DNA from: an uncultured virus (IMG/VR IMGVR_UViG_3300022198_000005)
Lineage: Duplodnaviria > Heunggongvirae > Uroviricota > Caudoviricetes
Virus record (IMG/VR): IMGVR_UViG_3300022198_000005
Strand: one strand, 5' to 3'
DNA: 64,000 nucleotides
Of this stretch, positions 19,325 through 29,146 are shown piece by piece; the stretch's first letter is position 1; every line of letters begins with the position of its first letter. A program made the translations under genes and the position numbers. The notes below the pieces were generated by a model, which had not been told where the DNA came from, ran no database searches, and saw nothing but the letters and a program-made list of their open reading frames with translations.

Positions 19325-19754
19325 GATTTGCCTCTATAGGTGATGGTGCGTTTTTTTCTTCTTCTGTCAATGGTGCTCCAGTCGCAAGTTCTAGGCACCT
19401 CAATGCGTTCTTTACTCCGCGATCAATCAGCTCTTGAGCCTTCTGAGTATTTGCAAGAGAGAAAGCTCCGAAGTCTCGTTTATCAAACTTCTTTGCGAGA
19501 GCATCTACGTCTTTCTTCTGCTTCTCATTCTCAGCTCTTAACTCTTCGTTCGCTTTCTGTATTGCAGCTATATCTTTCTTCATAGCTTCTAAGAGTTCGT
19601 TCTGAGCTTTGATGCCGTCTTCAAGCTTCTGCTCGTTCATCTGAGACACAGCGAGTGCTGCTTTGAGATCACTGATATAGTATATACCACCTGCGACGAT
19701 GATTACGATGACCAAAGTAGCTACGATCTTGATGATCGATCCAATACCAAACAT
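19278..19754 (-). CDS. Inner-membrane spanin (i-spanin)
   Basis: N-terminal TM, long coiled coil, C-terminal Cys; adjacent to the o-spanin. Confidence 0.75.
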   Translation of the reverse strand: MFGIGSIIKIVATLVIVIIVAGGIYYISDLKAALAVSQMNEQKLEDGIKAQNELLEAMKKDIAAIQKANEELRAENEKQKKDVDALAKKFDKRDFGAFSLANTQKAQELIDRGVKNALRCLELATGAPLTEEEKNAPSPIEANRECPALINPSFSPLN

Positions 19755-19756
19755 GA

Positions 19757-19927
19757 TTATTTCCCTATAGAATGATCCTCGATGTACTTACGAAAACGCT
19801 TCAATAAGACAGGACTTTGATCCTTACGTCGTCGACGATCATGCATCACAGTAGTCTTAAGACGAGGACCCATGTTTCTCGTATCATGAGGGATGCCAGC
19901 ATCGGCGGTCGTTGTCATCTCTTTCAT
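19757..19927 (-). CDS. Small basic hypothetical protein (56 aa)
   Basis: Manually translated MKEMTTTADAGIP...LLKRFRKYIE. Confidence 0.55.
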   Translation of the reverse strand: MKEMTTTADAGIPHDTRNMGPRLKTTVMHDRRRRKDQSPVLLKRFRKYIEDHSIGK

Positions 19928-20511
19928 TTGTAGATCTCTGTTGATGCGATGAATATCTCCTGATTTGTGGTCAGGTGCTTTGCTTTGTAGATATTTATCC
20001 CGAATACATCACCAACGGGGTAACAACCCTCTTCAACTCGTATCTTATCTTTTGAGTTACAGATGATCTCATATGAAGAGTTAATCATCTTTTCATTCTG
20101 TAACCTATAGATTCCTGGACTAATCATCTGATCTACAGTCAAGAACCAGTCGTTCTTCTCGTTCAAAAAGTCAAGAGTCTCCATATTTAACTTCTTTAAG
20201 ATCTTCTCTAGCTTGTCATCATTCAAGCCATAGTTTTCTTTGATGAGATAGAGCGCAGAAGCTAAACTACCTAAACGAGTATTTCCGCCTGGGATGATAG
20301 AGACCAAGCGCTTAAGGTTAACAGCAAGACGAATGAAAGGAGTGTACGCATCTCTCTTCTCATCGGTGTCAATCTTGACACTCTTGTCTCTCTTACCTTC
20401 TTTATCGATAAGGCCAAGCTTATACGCATCCATGCTCTCGTACGGAGTCGCCATCAAGGTCACGAACCTGATGGTGTATGCTAAGTCAGCTGCTCTCTTG
20501 ACGATTCCCAT
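19924..20511 (-). CDS. Conserved T4-like hypothetical (putative virion) protein
   Basis: DAYKLGLIDKEG...AYTPFIRL..NLKR...ALYLIKE. Confidence 0.7.
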   Translation of the reverse strand: MGIVKRAADLAYTIRFVTLMATPYESMDAYKLGLIDKEGKRDKSVKIDTDEKRDAYTPFIRLAVNLKRLVSIIPGGNTRLGSLASALYLIKENYGLNDDKLEKILKKLNMETLDFLNEKNDWFLTVDQMISPGIYRLQNEKMINSSYEIICNSKDKIRVEEGCYPVGDVFGINIYKAKHLTTNQEIFIASTEIYK

Positions 20512-20875
20512 GTACTTCTCTCAACCTTTCCACTACCCTCTTATCGAGAGGTATTTCAGGATACTGTTCAACCTTAATATACTTTAAAAATATCAAGAAC
20601 GGTTTGATGATTGGCCAATGTTTATCTTCGAGCTTTAACTCGAGTATCTTTAACATCGCCTCAATACCAAACACATTTGATACGACGATAAGGTGGTTCA
20701 TGATCAGTCGATCAGTCAATTCACCCTCTACGATGTACCGATTCACTAACCTCTTAATATACTTAAATCGATTGAGATCTTCATTGAACTCATCAATGTC
20801 GACAAAGCGCGGGTTGTAATAGTGCTTTGCCGCATACAACAAGAGGTTTTCTTCATTTAATTCAATCAGCATCAT
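20486..20875 (-). CDS. Conserved T4-like hypothetical protein
   Basis: YAAKHYYNP...EFNEDLNRFKYIKRL...NHLI...NVFG. Confidence 0.75.
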   Translation of the reverse strand: MMLIELNEENLLLYAAKHYYNPRFVDIDEFNEDLNRFKYIKRLVNRYIVEGELTDRLIMNHLIVVSNVFGIEAMLKILELKLEDKHWPIIKPFLIFLKYIKVEQYPEIPLDKRVVERLREVHGNRQESS

Positions 20876-20885
20876 GTAAGTATCT

Positions 20886-20909
20886 ATCTTAGGCCCGAAG
20901 GCCTAAGAT
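20886..20909 (-). terminator. cUUCGg tetraloop hairpin
   Basis: ATCTTAGGCC-TTCG-GGCCTAAGAT on the minus strand, T4-typical; no U-tail. Confidence 0.6.
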
Positions 20910-21790
20910 CACTGAAATAACTTACGTGAAGCAGCTACTACTTGATCAAGGAAAGACTCACCGATCTTAGGTGCGCCACCTTGTTTAAAGCCATCGTCCT
21001 CTTTCTTCGATGCCTTCTTAGTGATGTCATCAACTGGGTTGATGATGTTCTTATCACCTTGAGGGTTATCGTTAGGTCTCATTGGAGATTTCTTCACATC
21101 TTTAGTCATATTACTAAAGTTGTCTTTCTCCAAAGCAGGCTCATCGCCACCTTTCGGGATTACTGGATTATGCTGAGCAACCATATCTTTGGCACCTTTA
21201 CCTGACACTGCAACATTGTCAAGCGGAGGTTGCTTCAATGAACCCTTCGTATGAGGATCTTCTTTCTTCTCAAAGATGGACAACAGACGCTGTCTGATCG
21301 TTGATTCTTGTTTAATCATATCTTTATCCTTCGCAACCATGCGATACTTTGTTTTACCAGTGCTGGGATCAGTATAAGCTTCAGGCTCTTTATCAGCAGA
21401 CTTCACGCCTTCTTTCTGCTCCATAGAACCACCGTTCTTGCTATTATTATCCATCTTAGGATTCATAGTAGCAGTCTCGCCTTTTTTCTTTCGTGCCATC
21501 TTGAAGTCATGAGCATCAAGCTTACCGTTCTTATTGTGATCAAGCTTGTGTTGGTTACCAACTAACTTCTCATCAACACCTTCCATCTTGCATTCTCCCT
21601 CGTGCATCTTACCGCACTTAGGACAGCAGCTATCTTCCTTCTTCATAGACTTCTTCAGCTGATCAAGCTGTTTGTTTGAAGGACCTTTTGTTGGTTCTGG
21701 TGCACTTGGCTTCGAGCCGCCGTATCTGCCGGCCTTTGCTTGGTGCACGAACTTACCATCTTTCGAGGTATATTCGCTTAGTTTTTTCAT
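20909..21790 (-). CDS. Lys-rich low-complexity putative internal head protein
   Basis: MKKLSEY N-terminus, EF-hand-like DHNKNGKLDAHD, CPKCGKMH. Confidence 0.6.
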   Translation of the reverse strand: MKKLSEYTSKDGKFVHQAKAGRYGGSKPSAPEPTKGPSNKQLDQLKKSMKKEDSCCPKCGKMHEGECKMEGVDEKLVGNQHKLDHNKNGKLDAHDFKMARKKKGETATMNPKMDNNSKNGGSMEQKEGVKSADKEPEAYTDPSTGKTKYRMVAKDKDMIKQESTIRQRLLSIFEKKEDPHTKGSLKQPPLDNVAVSGKGAKDMVAQHNPVIPKGGDEPALEKDNFSNMTKDVKKSPMRPNDNPQGDKNIINPVDDITKKASKKEDDGFKQGGAPKIGESFLDQVVAASRKLFQ

Positions 21791-21799
21791 CTTTACTCC

Positions 21800-22099
21800 T
21801 TAGTTAAACCACATTGTGGTTAAAGCGCCGGCCACGGCAACTACGATTGTGCCTAACAGGAAGTTAATCAACTTCACTGCAGACTCGTTCTTTACAACAG
21901 AAGTCTCGATACAATCGAGCTTCTCTGAAAATTTGTTCATACGATCATAGAGTTTCAGCTGATCGCTCTGTAAACCAGCTAGCTTCTCTTCTGCGCGCGC
22001 GATAGAGATTACAGCATCAGATAGTTTATCTATCTTGCCTTCGATCCGATCTAGACGAGCTTGCTCGCTTGAGATATGGTCTTGTAATTCTTTTTCCAT
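21800..22099 (-). CDS. Coiled-coil protein with C-terminal TM helix
   Basis: RLDRIEGKIDKL heptads; hydrophobic C-terminus. Confidence 0.65.
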   Translation of the reverse strand: MEKELQDHISSEQARLDRIEGKIDKLSDAVISIARAEEKLAGLQSDQLKLYDRMNKFSEKLDCIETSVVKNESAVKLINFLLGTIVVAVAGALTTMWFN

Positions 22100-22399
22100 T
22101 TAACAATTCCATTTTCTCAATGCAAGTGCTTTACGCGTTGGACGACCCTTCTCATCTTTCATTGGACCAGATACACCACTCATACGAGCGCAAAACGACT
22201 TACGACGTTTAGCATCTTTACTACCAGGCTTCAACTTCGAAGGTTTAGTTGTGACAGCAGTCTGCAGCTTTGAGCCTGGATTTGCTCTACGAAAAGCATC
22301 AACTCCCTTCTGTGTCAACCCACCAGTAGAGGACTTATGACCCTTTGCATCGATCGCAGCTTCATTGATAAAAGCCTTGAATGACTTAGCCTTTGTCAT
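22100..22399 (-). CDS. Basic putative internal head protein (DUF6321-like)
   Basis: SFKAFINE N-terminus; GGLTQKG...RRKSFCARM...ALRKWNC. Confidence 0.7.
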   Translation of the reverse strand: MTKAKSFKAFINEAAIDAKGHKSSTGGLTQKGVDAFRRANPGSKLQTAVTTKPSKLKPGSKDAKRRKSFCARMSGVSGPMKDEKGRPTRKALALRKWNC

Positions 22400-22700
22400 C
22401 TTCGCCCTCCGACTTCATATAGTCACGAACAGTAGTGATATAATCTTCTGCTTTCGTGATCTTATCTTGAACCCATTCAGGCAAGTTATCATCAGTCTTT
22501 AACATATCATGCATCTCTTTTGAAGCAGAGATGATGGTACGAAGCTTCGTCTTGGCCATATCACCTTCTTGGTCATACTCACCAGGATCTTTCGCTTCAT
22601 TCTGGCCAGGAGTCATCTTCTTGGCATGGTTCGCAGCATCAGTCTTGCCCCACTCATATTTGGCAACTTCAGAGATGTACGTGTTCCATAAGTCTCTCAT
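22386..22700 (-). CDS. Putative internal head protein
   Basis: YDQEGDMAKTKL...LPEWVQDKITKAEDYI. Confidence 0.65.
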   Translation of the reverse strand: MRDLWNTYISEVAKYEWGKTDAANHAKKMTPGQNEAKDPGEYDQEGDMAKTKLRTIISASKEMHDMLKTDDNLPEWVQDKITKAEDYITTVRDYMKSEGEDDKG

Positions 22701-22701
22701 C

Positions 22702-24126
22702 TTACATGCCTTTCAGTCTGTCAGACGCACGCTTATTGATGTCTTTCATAGCATCACGGTGAACCCGATCTTGAGCGCGCTGCATGCCAGAGAAACGCTT
22801 CAACACATGACCGATAGGATCCTTTGCATCTGCTTTACGAGGTGCTTTGACTGCCTTGTCATGGTAACGCTGAGCAAGTTCACCAGAGATCTCGTTTACT
22901 TCTTCTTTGTTCAAACGTTTCTTTGCTTTAAGAAGGTTTACATTTGAACGTGTAGCAGTTCTCGATGCAACATTGACATCTCTCTCTAGTTCACGTTTCT
23001 TAGCGTTATGGTCAAATTGATGTTTAAGAGGTGCATCAAGTGAAGGTTTGTTTCTTTGGTGCTTACGTAAAGCATCACGTGCATCATCTACAGCATTTTT
23101 ATTAGACACGTGATCGTCCGATTTTTTATCTATGTAAGAGCGCAAAGTACTTTTGCTTAGCTCGTCAATCTGCTCAACTTCTTCTTTTTTAACAGACTTA
23201 CCAGCTTCTGGCTTACCGTAGGTTGCTTGACGTTTTTTAGCAAGATCTTGTTTTGCTTTTACTGCAGCACCAAGTTTAGGATCGGCTTTTAGCATCCATC
23301 CGGGGTTATAACCCTTTACACCTTCTTCAACTTCTTCTTTATTTAATTTATCAGCAACTTTTTTATACCGATAGTAATTAACATCTTTATCAACAGTCTT
23401 TTTAGCGCTGTCACCTGGAGCATATTTTTGTGCATCCATTTTTTTATTCAGCTGATGTTTTGCATAACCTGGGACATACTTGCGTAGAGCTTGTTGCACG
23501 CCTTCGTCCATCTCTTCTTCTTCACGACCTTGTGCCTTGTTACGGAAAACTTTTTTCACTTCAGCGTCAGTGACACGCTCAATGCTTTGGATCATAGAAG
23601 GTTGCTTGACGATCTTACGCAGTTCAGCTTTGACCGCGCCAGGAGACTTGGCCTTCATATACATCGTTGGCAAACCATCGACTTCAACCTCAAACGTAGT
23701 CTCTTCCTTAACCGGTTTTTTCTCTTTCGCGAGCATAGCACGGATCTTAGCGATCTTATCTTGGTCGCTAGGCGTCAAGCGATCCATCTTTTCTTTTTCT
23801 TTCGCAGCAGCCCAAGCAGCATCAGATTCTTTCACAGGTTTCTTCTCAGCAGCCTTCTTCATGCCCATCTTAGCAAGATGTTTGGCAGTAGAAGGGCCGA
23901 TACCGAATTTACCTGGAACCGCAGAAGGCTTAGAACCAGCTTTCTTATACGGACCTTCGAAAGGAGGATCTTCTTTCCCCTCTTTCTGAGTACGCTTGGC
24001 CGAGAGATATGCAGCAATGGCTTGATCTCTGCGCTCTTTGTCAGATTTACCTTTAAACTGCGGGGCATCTGAACCTTTGAAGTCTTTAATCCACGCACCA
24101 ATTCCATGTGATACTTTGAGTGGCAT
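22702..24126 (-). CDS. Modular Lys-rich putative internal head polyprotein
   Basis: Short basic modules separated by x-[KDEN]-E linkers. Confidence 0.65.
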   Translation of the reverse strand: MPLKVSHGIGAWIKDFKGSDAPQFKGKSDKERRDQAIAAYLSAKRTQKEGKEDPPFEGPYKKAGSKPSAVPGKFGIGPSTAKHLAKMGMKKAAEKKPVKESDAAWAAAKEKEKMDRLTPSDQDKIAKIRAMLAKEKKPVKEETTFEVEVDGLPTMYMKAKSPGAVKAELRKIVKQPSMIQSIERVTDAEVKKVFRNKAQGREEEEMDEGVQQALRKYVPGYAKHQLNKKMDAQKYAPGDSAKKTVDKDVNYYRYKKVADKLNKEEVEEGVKGYNPGWMLKADPKLGAAVKAKQDLAKKRQATYGKPEAGKSVKKEEVEQIDELSKSTLRSYIDKKSDDHVSNKNAVDDARDALRKHQRNKPSLDAPLKHQFDHNAKKRELERDVNVASRTATRSNVNLLKAKKRLNKEEVNEISGELAQRYHDKAVKAPRKADAKDPIGHVLKRFSGMQRAQDRVHRDAMKDINKRASDRLKGM

Positions 24127-24356
24127 TATGCTAAGTCCTTATCGTGATTGAGGCCGCCTTTTTTCTTCTTAACTAAGAATGCATTGACACGAGCATGACC
24201 CCATTGCTGAGGTGTGGTTCCGGGGCGGTGACCGGATTTCCATGCTGCGACGCCACGATTATAAACCTTTTGTAATGTAGACGTTGATACGCCCGACTTT
24301 GCTGCCTTTGCTGCAAGTCCAGATGCTTCTTCAATGTACTGAGAGAACTTGATCAT
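24126..24356 (-). CDS. Putative internal head protein (DUF5824-like)
   Basis: MIKFSQYIEE; VYNRGVAAWKSGHRPGTTPQQWGHARVNAF. Confidence 0.7.
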   Translation of the reverse strand: MIKFSQYIEEASGLAAKAAKSGVSTSTLQKVYNRGVAAWKSGHRPGTTPQQWGHARVNAFLVKKKKGGLNHDKDLA

Positions 24357-25534
24357 TTGGTTTCCCTGTTAATTGCTTTTGTGTCTTTCATGCGAGCAGC
24401 GTCTAACGCACGATCATGTCTCTTTGCGTCTGCAGCTTTTTCTTGATCGATACGTTTCTTTGCAAGGTCAACAGCAGAGATCTGCTCTCCATACATCTGC
24501 TTGAACTTCAGCGTGTACTTACTTGGCTTGGTCTTTGCAGTAGCATCACCAGGCGCCTTCTTATAAGGCGCAGCGTCTTTCTCTGCAGGACTCTTGTTAG
24601 CATATGATCTGAAGTGTGCGGCTCTCGCTTGCTTTGTGTCTTTATCTAAACCTTTGTAGTAAGGCTTTGGCTGCGTGCCTTTGACCTTACTCACGTCAGG
24701 ATCTTGTGCTACCTTTTCGATCAGTTCGATCGCGTCTAGCCACTTGCGCATCTGCTTACCAGCTGACTCGACGATCACATAGTTCGAACCAAGGTGTTTG
24801 ACGGTGGCGATCGTGTCGTCCGCAATGACAACTACTCGATCGCCGACCTGAAATAAATCTCCCTGAACATACTGCTCACGTGTCTCAGATACCGTATCAA
24901 GCTTCACATGCTTAGTAAAGTCAGTCGTCTCTTTCAGACCCATACCTTTGCGTACTGCATTGAATATGGCCTTTGCGTCTACATTACTCACACCCTTTGG
25001 TAAGCCTTGACTAAACGCAACAAAGTCTTTTGCCTTTGCATGCTGACGTTGCTTAGTAGCTGATGCTCCTTCTTCGCCTTCTGCGTCAGGATCTCTTTGT
25101 CCAGCAGACACCACGTGGATACGAGCAAAGTTGAAGAAACCATGTCGCATCTTCTTTCCATTGTACTTGTTCAACAGCACATCAAACTCAGTGACACGAT
25201 CTTCGCCTACAACCATCACTACGTTCTTAAAGCCTTCATTGTATAACGCGACTGCGGCATCAAGGAAAGTCTTAACCTTCGGGTTGATCATGACCGAACG
25301 TGCATGGCGAGGGAACATCTTACGGACAAACTTTACTTTGTCTTTATACGTAAGAGGGTTTTTAGCTTTATCTTGAGATTGAGAAAGGTACACACGATAA
25401 GGATTATTGCCAGACTTAGTGGCGATGGTATTAAGAAGTTTCTCATGGCCAATGGTAGGAGGGTTCATCCTACCAAAGGTAAAATAAACCGTCTTCTCTT
25501 CCTCTACAAGATATGACTTAAATGAATTGATCAC
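24353..25534 (-). CDS. Cytidylyltransferase-superfamily (HIGH-type) protein
   Basis: FTFGRMNPPTIGHEKL, KNPL, VVGEDR, SAGQRDPDAEG..SAT. Confidence 0.8.
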   Translation of the reverse strand: MINSFKSYLVEEEKTVYFTFGRMNPPTIGHEKLLNTIATKSGNNPYRVYLSQSQDKAKNPLTYKDKVKFVRKMFPRHARSVMINPKVKTFLDAAVALYNEGFKNVVMVVGEDRVTEFDVLLNKYNGKKMRHGFFNFARIHVVSAGQRDPDAEGEEGASATKQRQHAKAKDFVAFSQGLPKGVSNVDAKAIFNAVRKGMGLKETTDFTKHVKLDTVSETREQYVQGDLFQVGDRVVVIADDTIATVKHLGSNYVIVESAGKQMRKWLDAIELIEKVAQDPDVSKVKGTQPKPYYKGLDKDTKQARAAHFRSYANKSPAEKDAAPYKKAPGDATAKTKPSKYTLKFKQMYGEQISAVDLAKKRIDQEKAADAKRHDRALDAARMKDTKAINRETK

Positions 25535-26166
25535 GCTACGTATTCTACTTGGATGTTTTCTTTTGGTCTACGAGGAATCTTTACGCCAGTAATATGGTGT
25601 TCACGTCGCGATCTTTCAGGATCTTTATAACCAACTCCCATCAACAAGCAAGCTTTACCTTTCAAGTTCAATATTTCTTGCACTTCTTTACTATCGTAAC
25701 AAGCGCAGCAACCAGTGCCGTAACCCATCATCGCAGCAGTCATGTTCACATAACCAGCGGCGATGCCTACAGCCATCTGACGATCACGCTTTAAGATCTC
25801 TGCATCAGCATCATCTCGTGCGTGCATCTTATTTACCAAACCGATAGAAGGCTCTACTTCTTCAAACACGATCAACAGGTTTGCCAATACTTGGCTGTTC
25901 GTGGTCTCTACACGGCTATGAGACTCAGCGTCATAATAGCCAAGGCCCCAACTTGCGTTGTGTAGTTTCTTGATGACTTCACGGTTCGTGATGAAGTGTG
26001 CTTTATAAAAAGCAAAGTTTTGTTTACTCGGACACTGCGTGACAGCTTCACGCAATATCTCCATGTCTTCTTCAGGGATAGAACGACTGAGGTCCCAGTT
26101 ACGCTGAGTATGCTGACTAATCTGGATTGCCTTCTTCAGGTCTTTACGTGGATATTCACTTATCAT
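25531..26166 (-). CDS. Nitroreductase-family flavoprotein
   Basis: QRNWD...IPEED...CPSKQN...GIAAG...GYGTGCC...LMGVGY. Confidence 0.8.
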   Translation of the reverse strand: MISEYPRKDLKKAIQISQHTQRNWDLSRSIPEEDMEILREAVTQCPSKQNFAFYKAHFITNREVIKKLHNASWGLGYYDAESHSRVETTNSQVLANLLIVFEEVEPSIGLVNKMHARDDADAEILKRDRQMAVGIAAGYVNMTAAMMGYGTGCCACYDSKEVQEILNLKGKACLLMGVGYKDPERSRREHHITGVKIPRRPKENIQVEYVA

Positions 26167-26611
26167 TACTCACTCCTTGTGCGCGTTTACGTTCTATCTC
26201 TTGCTTACGGACCTGAGGCAACATCTTACGTGCGATCATCTTGATCCGTGCTTTAAACGCAGGTTTATCGAGACGCGCTTCAATCTCTTTTCTGCGCGCA
26301 TATGTCAACTCATCTTTGGGTACGTCTTTTGTGAGCTTCTTATAGATCTTCATACGAGCCTGACGTTGAGCTCTCTTCTCGAGGGTCTTGGTATTCGCAA
26401 AGCGGCGCTTGGCCCGCATTTGGCCGATCTCGATCTTATGTTTGTATTTGCGCATCTGACGCTTGCGCTGAAGACGCTGCTGAGTCGTCAGAGCTTCATC
26501 AGTCTGTTCTACATCCTCACCAATGTGGCGACGACGCTGAGCTCTGTACTTCAGAATATCTGGTTCGCCTGGACGATAGTCGGCGACAATAAAGTCTTTA
26601 AAGTCTAACAT
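26156..26611 (-). CDS. Highly basic conserved T4-like (putative head) protein
   Basis: MLDFKDF; EALTTQQRLQRKRQMRK. Confidence 0.7.
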   Translation of the reverse strand: MLDFKDFIVADYRPGEPDILKYRAQRRRHIGEDVEQTDEALTTQQRLQRKRQMRKYKHKIEIGQMRAKRRFANTKTLEKRAQRQARMKIYKKLTKDVPKDELTYARRKEIEARLDKPAFKARIKMIARKMLPQVRKQEIERKRAQGVSNDK

Positions 26612-27837
26612 CAGTTCCTCGTTGGTTTATCCCATCCTTTTAATATATCTGGTGAAAAGTTTGCGTATGAGAACTCCATACGGTCCACAATCTTCACCGC
26701 GTCACCACCAAGTGTGTCTATCGCAACGTAACCCTCTTGACCAGTCACCTTAAAACCGTTCTTGGTTTTTAAGAAAGTACTCGTTTTCGAGAGACGCTGT
26801 AGTATATTTATAATTTTTAATTTCGCCAAAATTATGAATTTTTGTAAATCGAACATCAATTTTAAGTTATTTTTGTTCGCTGGCGAAAAAAACGTTAACA
26901 CTTCCTTCATCTTCGCGACCTGAGTAGCCTTACCTCTTTCGGTCTTGGCTGATGCTGCTTGTGTCTGATACTTTGTCTTGATATGTCTAACCAAGTTGTT
27001 CACATGCTTTCTGGTATCCATGACCACTTCGCCTCTCCTTACGAAGGAGTTGTTAAACGTCTCAATCATCTTTGCAAGGTCTTGATTATTCTCAAGCTCT
27101 CGTAATGTGGTTGAAGAGATCTTATTGAAGATCTTTCCAGCATTTGAGAGGTGCATATTCACCTCATCAGTGTCTTCTTTTGACATTGTGTACTGAGTCA
27201 TGTCTTTTAGCATGGCGTCTTGAGACCAAACCTTTGCTGACTGATTAAATGCAGTTACATCGACTCCGTATGACGCTTTCATCGTCTCAAAGGTTTTACC
27301 AGTGTATGTAGTATGCCACACGATACCGATCTCAGCGGACTTGATGTCTTTAGCCATCTGTGTGTTTGCAGGTACCGCATAGACGATGGTGTTAGGATGA
27401 AAGGTAACGTACGTATCGCCTTTGATCTTCTCAGTCTTTACGTCAGCCTTCGAAAACAAGAAGTCTCCTTGCACCACGCCTTTGATGCCTAAAGATGGAA
27501 GATGCTTAAGCGCAGCCTTTAACTTTGCAGCAAGATCGCCGCTCGCATCAGCATCGACCTCAGTCGCAGTCTTATAGACTTTTGGCGTCTTGTTAAAGAT
27601 ACCTTTCTTGGCTACAAAGAACTTACCATCACGTGGATCGATACCAGCAAAAACAGCAGGTGCGCCATCCCACTTTACTGAGACTTTTCCTTCGTGTGTA
27701 CCAGCAAGCATGTCTCTCAACGAGCGAAGCGCGATGATTGCCTGACGCGTACCGTTCACACCACCATAGAGGACTTTGTCCTCGATATGGGTCATGTGAG
27801 TGTTCTTCTGCTCTGTGATAAACTCTTTGAATTCCAT
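26611..27837 (-). CDS. Ligase-superfamily nucleotidyltransferase-like protein (DUF6267-like)
   Basis: KNTHMTHIED; VKWDGAP (motif I KxDG), QGDF, EGYV, KIVDR; start at TAATG overlap giving MEFKEFITE. Confidence 0.7.
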   Translation of the reverse strand: MEFKEFITEQKNTHMTHIEDKVLYGGVNGTRQAIIALRSLRDMLAGTHEGKVSVKWDGAPAVFAGIDPRDGKFFVAKKGIFNKTPKVYKTATEVDADASGDLAAKLKAALKHLPSLGIKGVVQGDFLFSKADVKTEKIKGDTYVTFHPNTIVYAVPANTQMAKDIKSAEIGIVWHTTYTGKTFETMKASYGVDVTAFNQSAKVWSQDAMLKDMTQYTMSKEDTDEVNMHLSNAGKIFNKISSTTLRELENNQDLAKMIETFNNSFVRRGEVVMDTRKHVNNLVRHIKTKYQTQAASAKTERGKATQVAKMKEVLTFFSPANKNNLKLMFDLQKFIILAKLKIINILQRLSKTSTFLKTKNGFKVTGQEGYVAIDTLGGDAVKIVDRMEFSYANFSPDILKGWDKPTRN

Positions 27838-29138
27838 TATGATGTTCTCTCTTGCCAACTTAAGGATACTATTGCGTCATCGTTATTTGTTGTAGGTGTG
27901 ACCGATATGGTAACAGTATCTCCTACACTATCACCAGTAATTATATCACGTGTTAATTGCAAACTATGATTAAACTGTTCTTCTAAATCAAAAATCGTTG
28001 AACTAGTTTGACCTTTAAAAATGCCTTCATAAATTGTTGTACCACCTGTCATAGTTGTGGCCGAAATATCATACTCAACACTACTAGTCGAGTCAGTTAT
28101 AGCCCAGCTTGCACTACCTAACGTTGCACCTCTGATAACCTTAAAGTTAAAGGGTGAAGCTTGAAGACCGTACAGTGATATTAGTCTAGGTGTGACAACT
28201 GCGTCAGTTCTACCAGATCTTAATCTAATAGAAACCATTGGATTGTTGATAACGTTTGTAAGATTTTTACCTGTGAGTGGGTTTACAGCAGAACGAGTCA
28301 ATCCGATCTGATTATAGCCACCCTCTGACAATACAGTCGAACAGATTTGTTTTAGTTGACTTGGGCCAGATGTAGCGCCAGTATTTGTGATCTCGCATCT
28401 ACATGATAGCGTTGCTGTGGTAATGTAAGTACCGGTGATCTCATTGGCGTGATGGAAGATGTGGCAGCAGATGAACTGACCATTGATGACAAATCCCATA
28501 CGAACAGAACCAACACCAAGCCACTCAAAGTCTGTCCACAAGATCTGTGACTTACTCATATCAAGAGTCGCACCGCTTGGGCCAGTGCCGTTCATCTTGT
28601 CGACGTTCCAACTACTTTGTGCGATTCTTGTGTTTACAACAGAACCAGACACTGCGCTGCGCTTTACAAAATACGTAGTTGTTCCGTCTTGTTCTACATA
28701 GATACCGTTGTCTTTTGTGAAGTAACCAACACGCTGACGAAGATTTGCCTTTGCTTCATTCATCGTAAACGTATTCATCACTAACAAGCTCTTACCGGGT
28801 TGATAACCAAATACACGGTCGGTTTGTCTTACGATCTCATCACCATCAGCATCAGTGACGTCAAGATCCATAAGACCTTGATCCGCATTGAAAGTGTATG
28901 TTGCAGAACCAGATACTGCAGTGTTCCATCGCCGTTCGCTATCAGCATAACGAAACGATGAGTCAAATAACGTATGCGGTTCGCTTACACGGAGTCGACC
29001 AAACGCATCAGACGCTGTGTTTAAGTTTCCGGCTGGTACATAGACAGATGGTCCTGCCAGACCAGACACCATGACGACCTCATAGATGTCTTTGTTATTG
29101 TTGAGTAGTGCATTTCTATCTGTGCTAAACTGTGCCAT
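27837..29138 (-). CDS. Putative virion structural protein (beta-rich, lectin-like)
   Basis: DAFGRLRVSEP.TLFD, YQPGKS, WLGVGSVR.GF; Ser/Thr/Gly-rich. Confidence 0.65.
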   Translation of the reverse strand: MAQFSTDRNALLNNNKDIYEVVMVSGLAGPSVYVPAGNLNTASDAFGRLRVSEPHTLFDSSFRYADSERRWNTAVSGSATYTFNADQGLMDLDVTDADGDEIVRQTDRVFGYQPGKSLLVMNTFTMNEAKANLRQRVGYFTKDNGIYVEQDGTTTYFVKRSAVSGSVVNTRIAQSSWNVDKMNGTGPSGATLDMSKSQILWTDFEWLGVGSVRMGFVINGQFICCHIFHHANEITGTYITTATLSCRCEITNTGATSGPSQLKQICSTVLSEGGYNQIGLTRSAVNPLTGKNLTNVINNPMVSIRLRSGRTDAVVTPRLISLYGLQASPFNFKVIRGATLGSASWAITDSTSSVEYDISATTMTGGTTIYEGIFKGQTSSTIFDLEEQFNHSLQLTRDIITGDSVGDTVTISVTPTTNNDDAIVSLSWQERTS

Positions 29139-29146
29139 GTTTATCC

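Noticed and set aside
23480..24072. 169- and 193-aa plus-strand ORFs
   Set aside because: Antisense to a Lys/Ala-rich gene; composition mirrors the reverse complement
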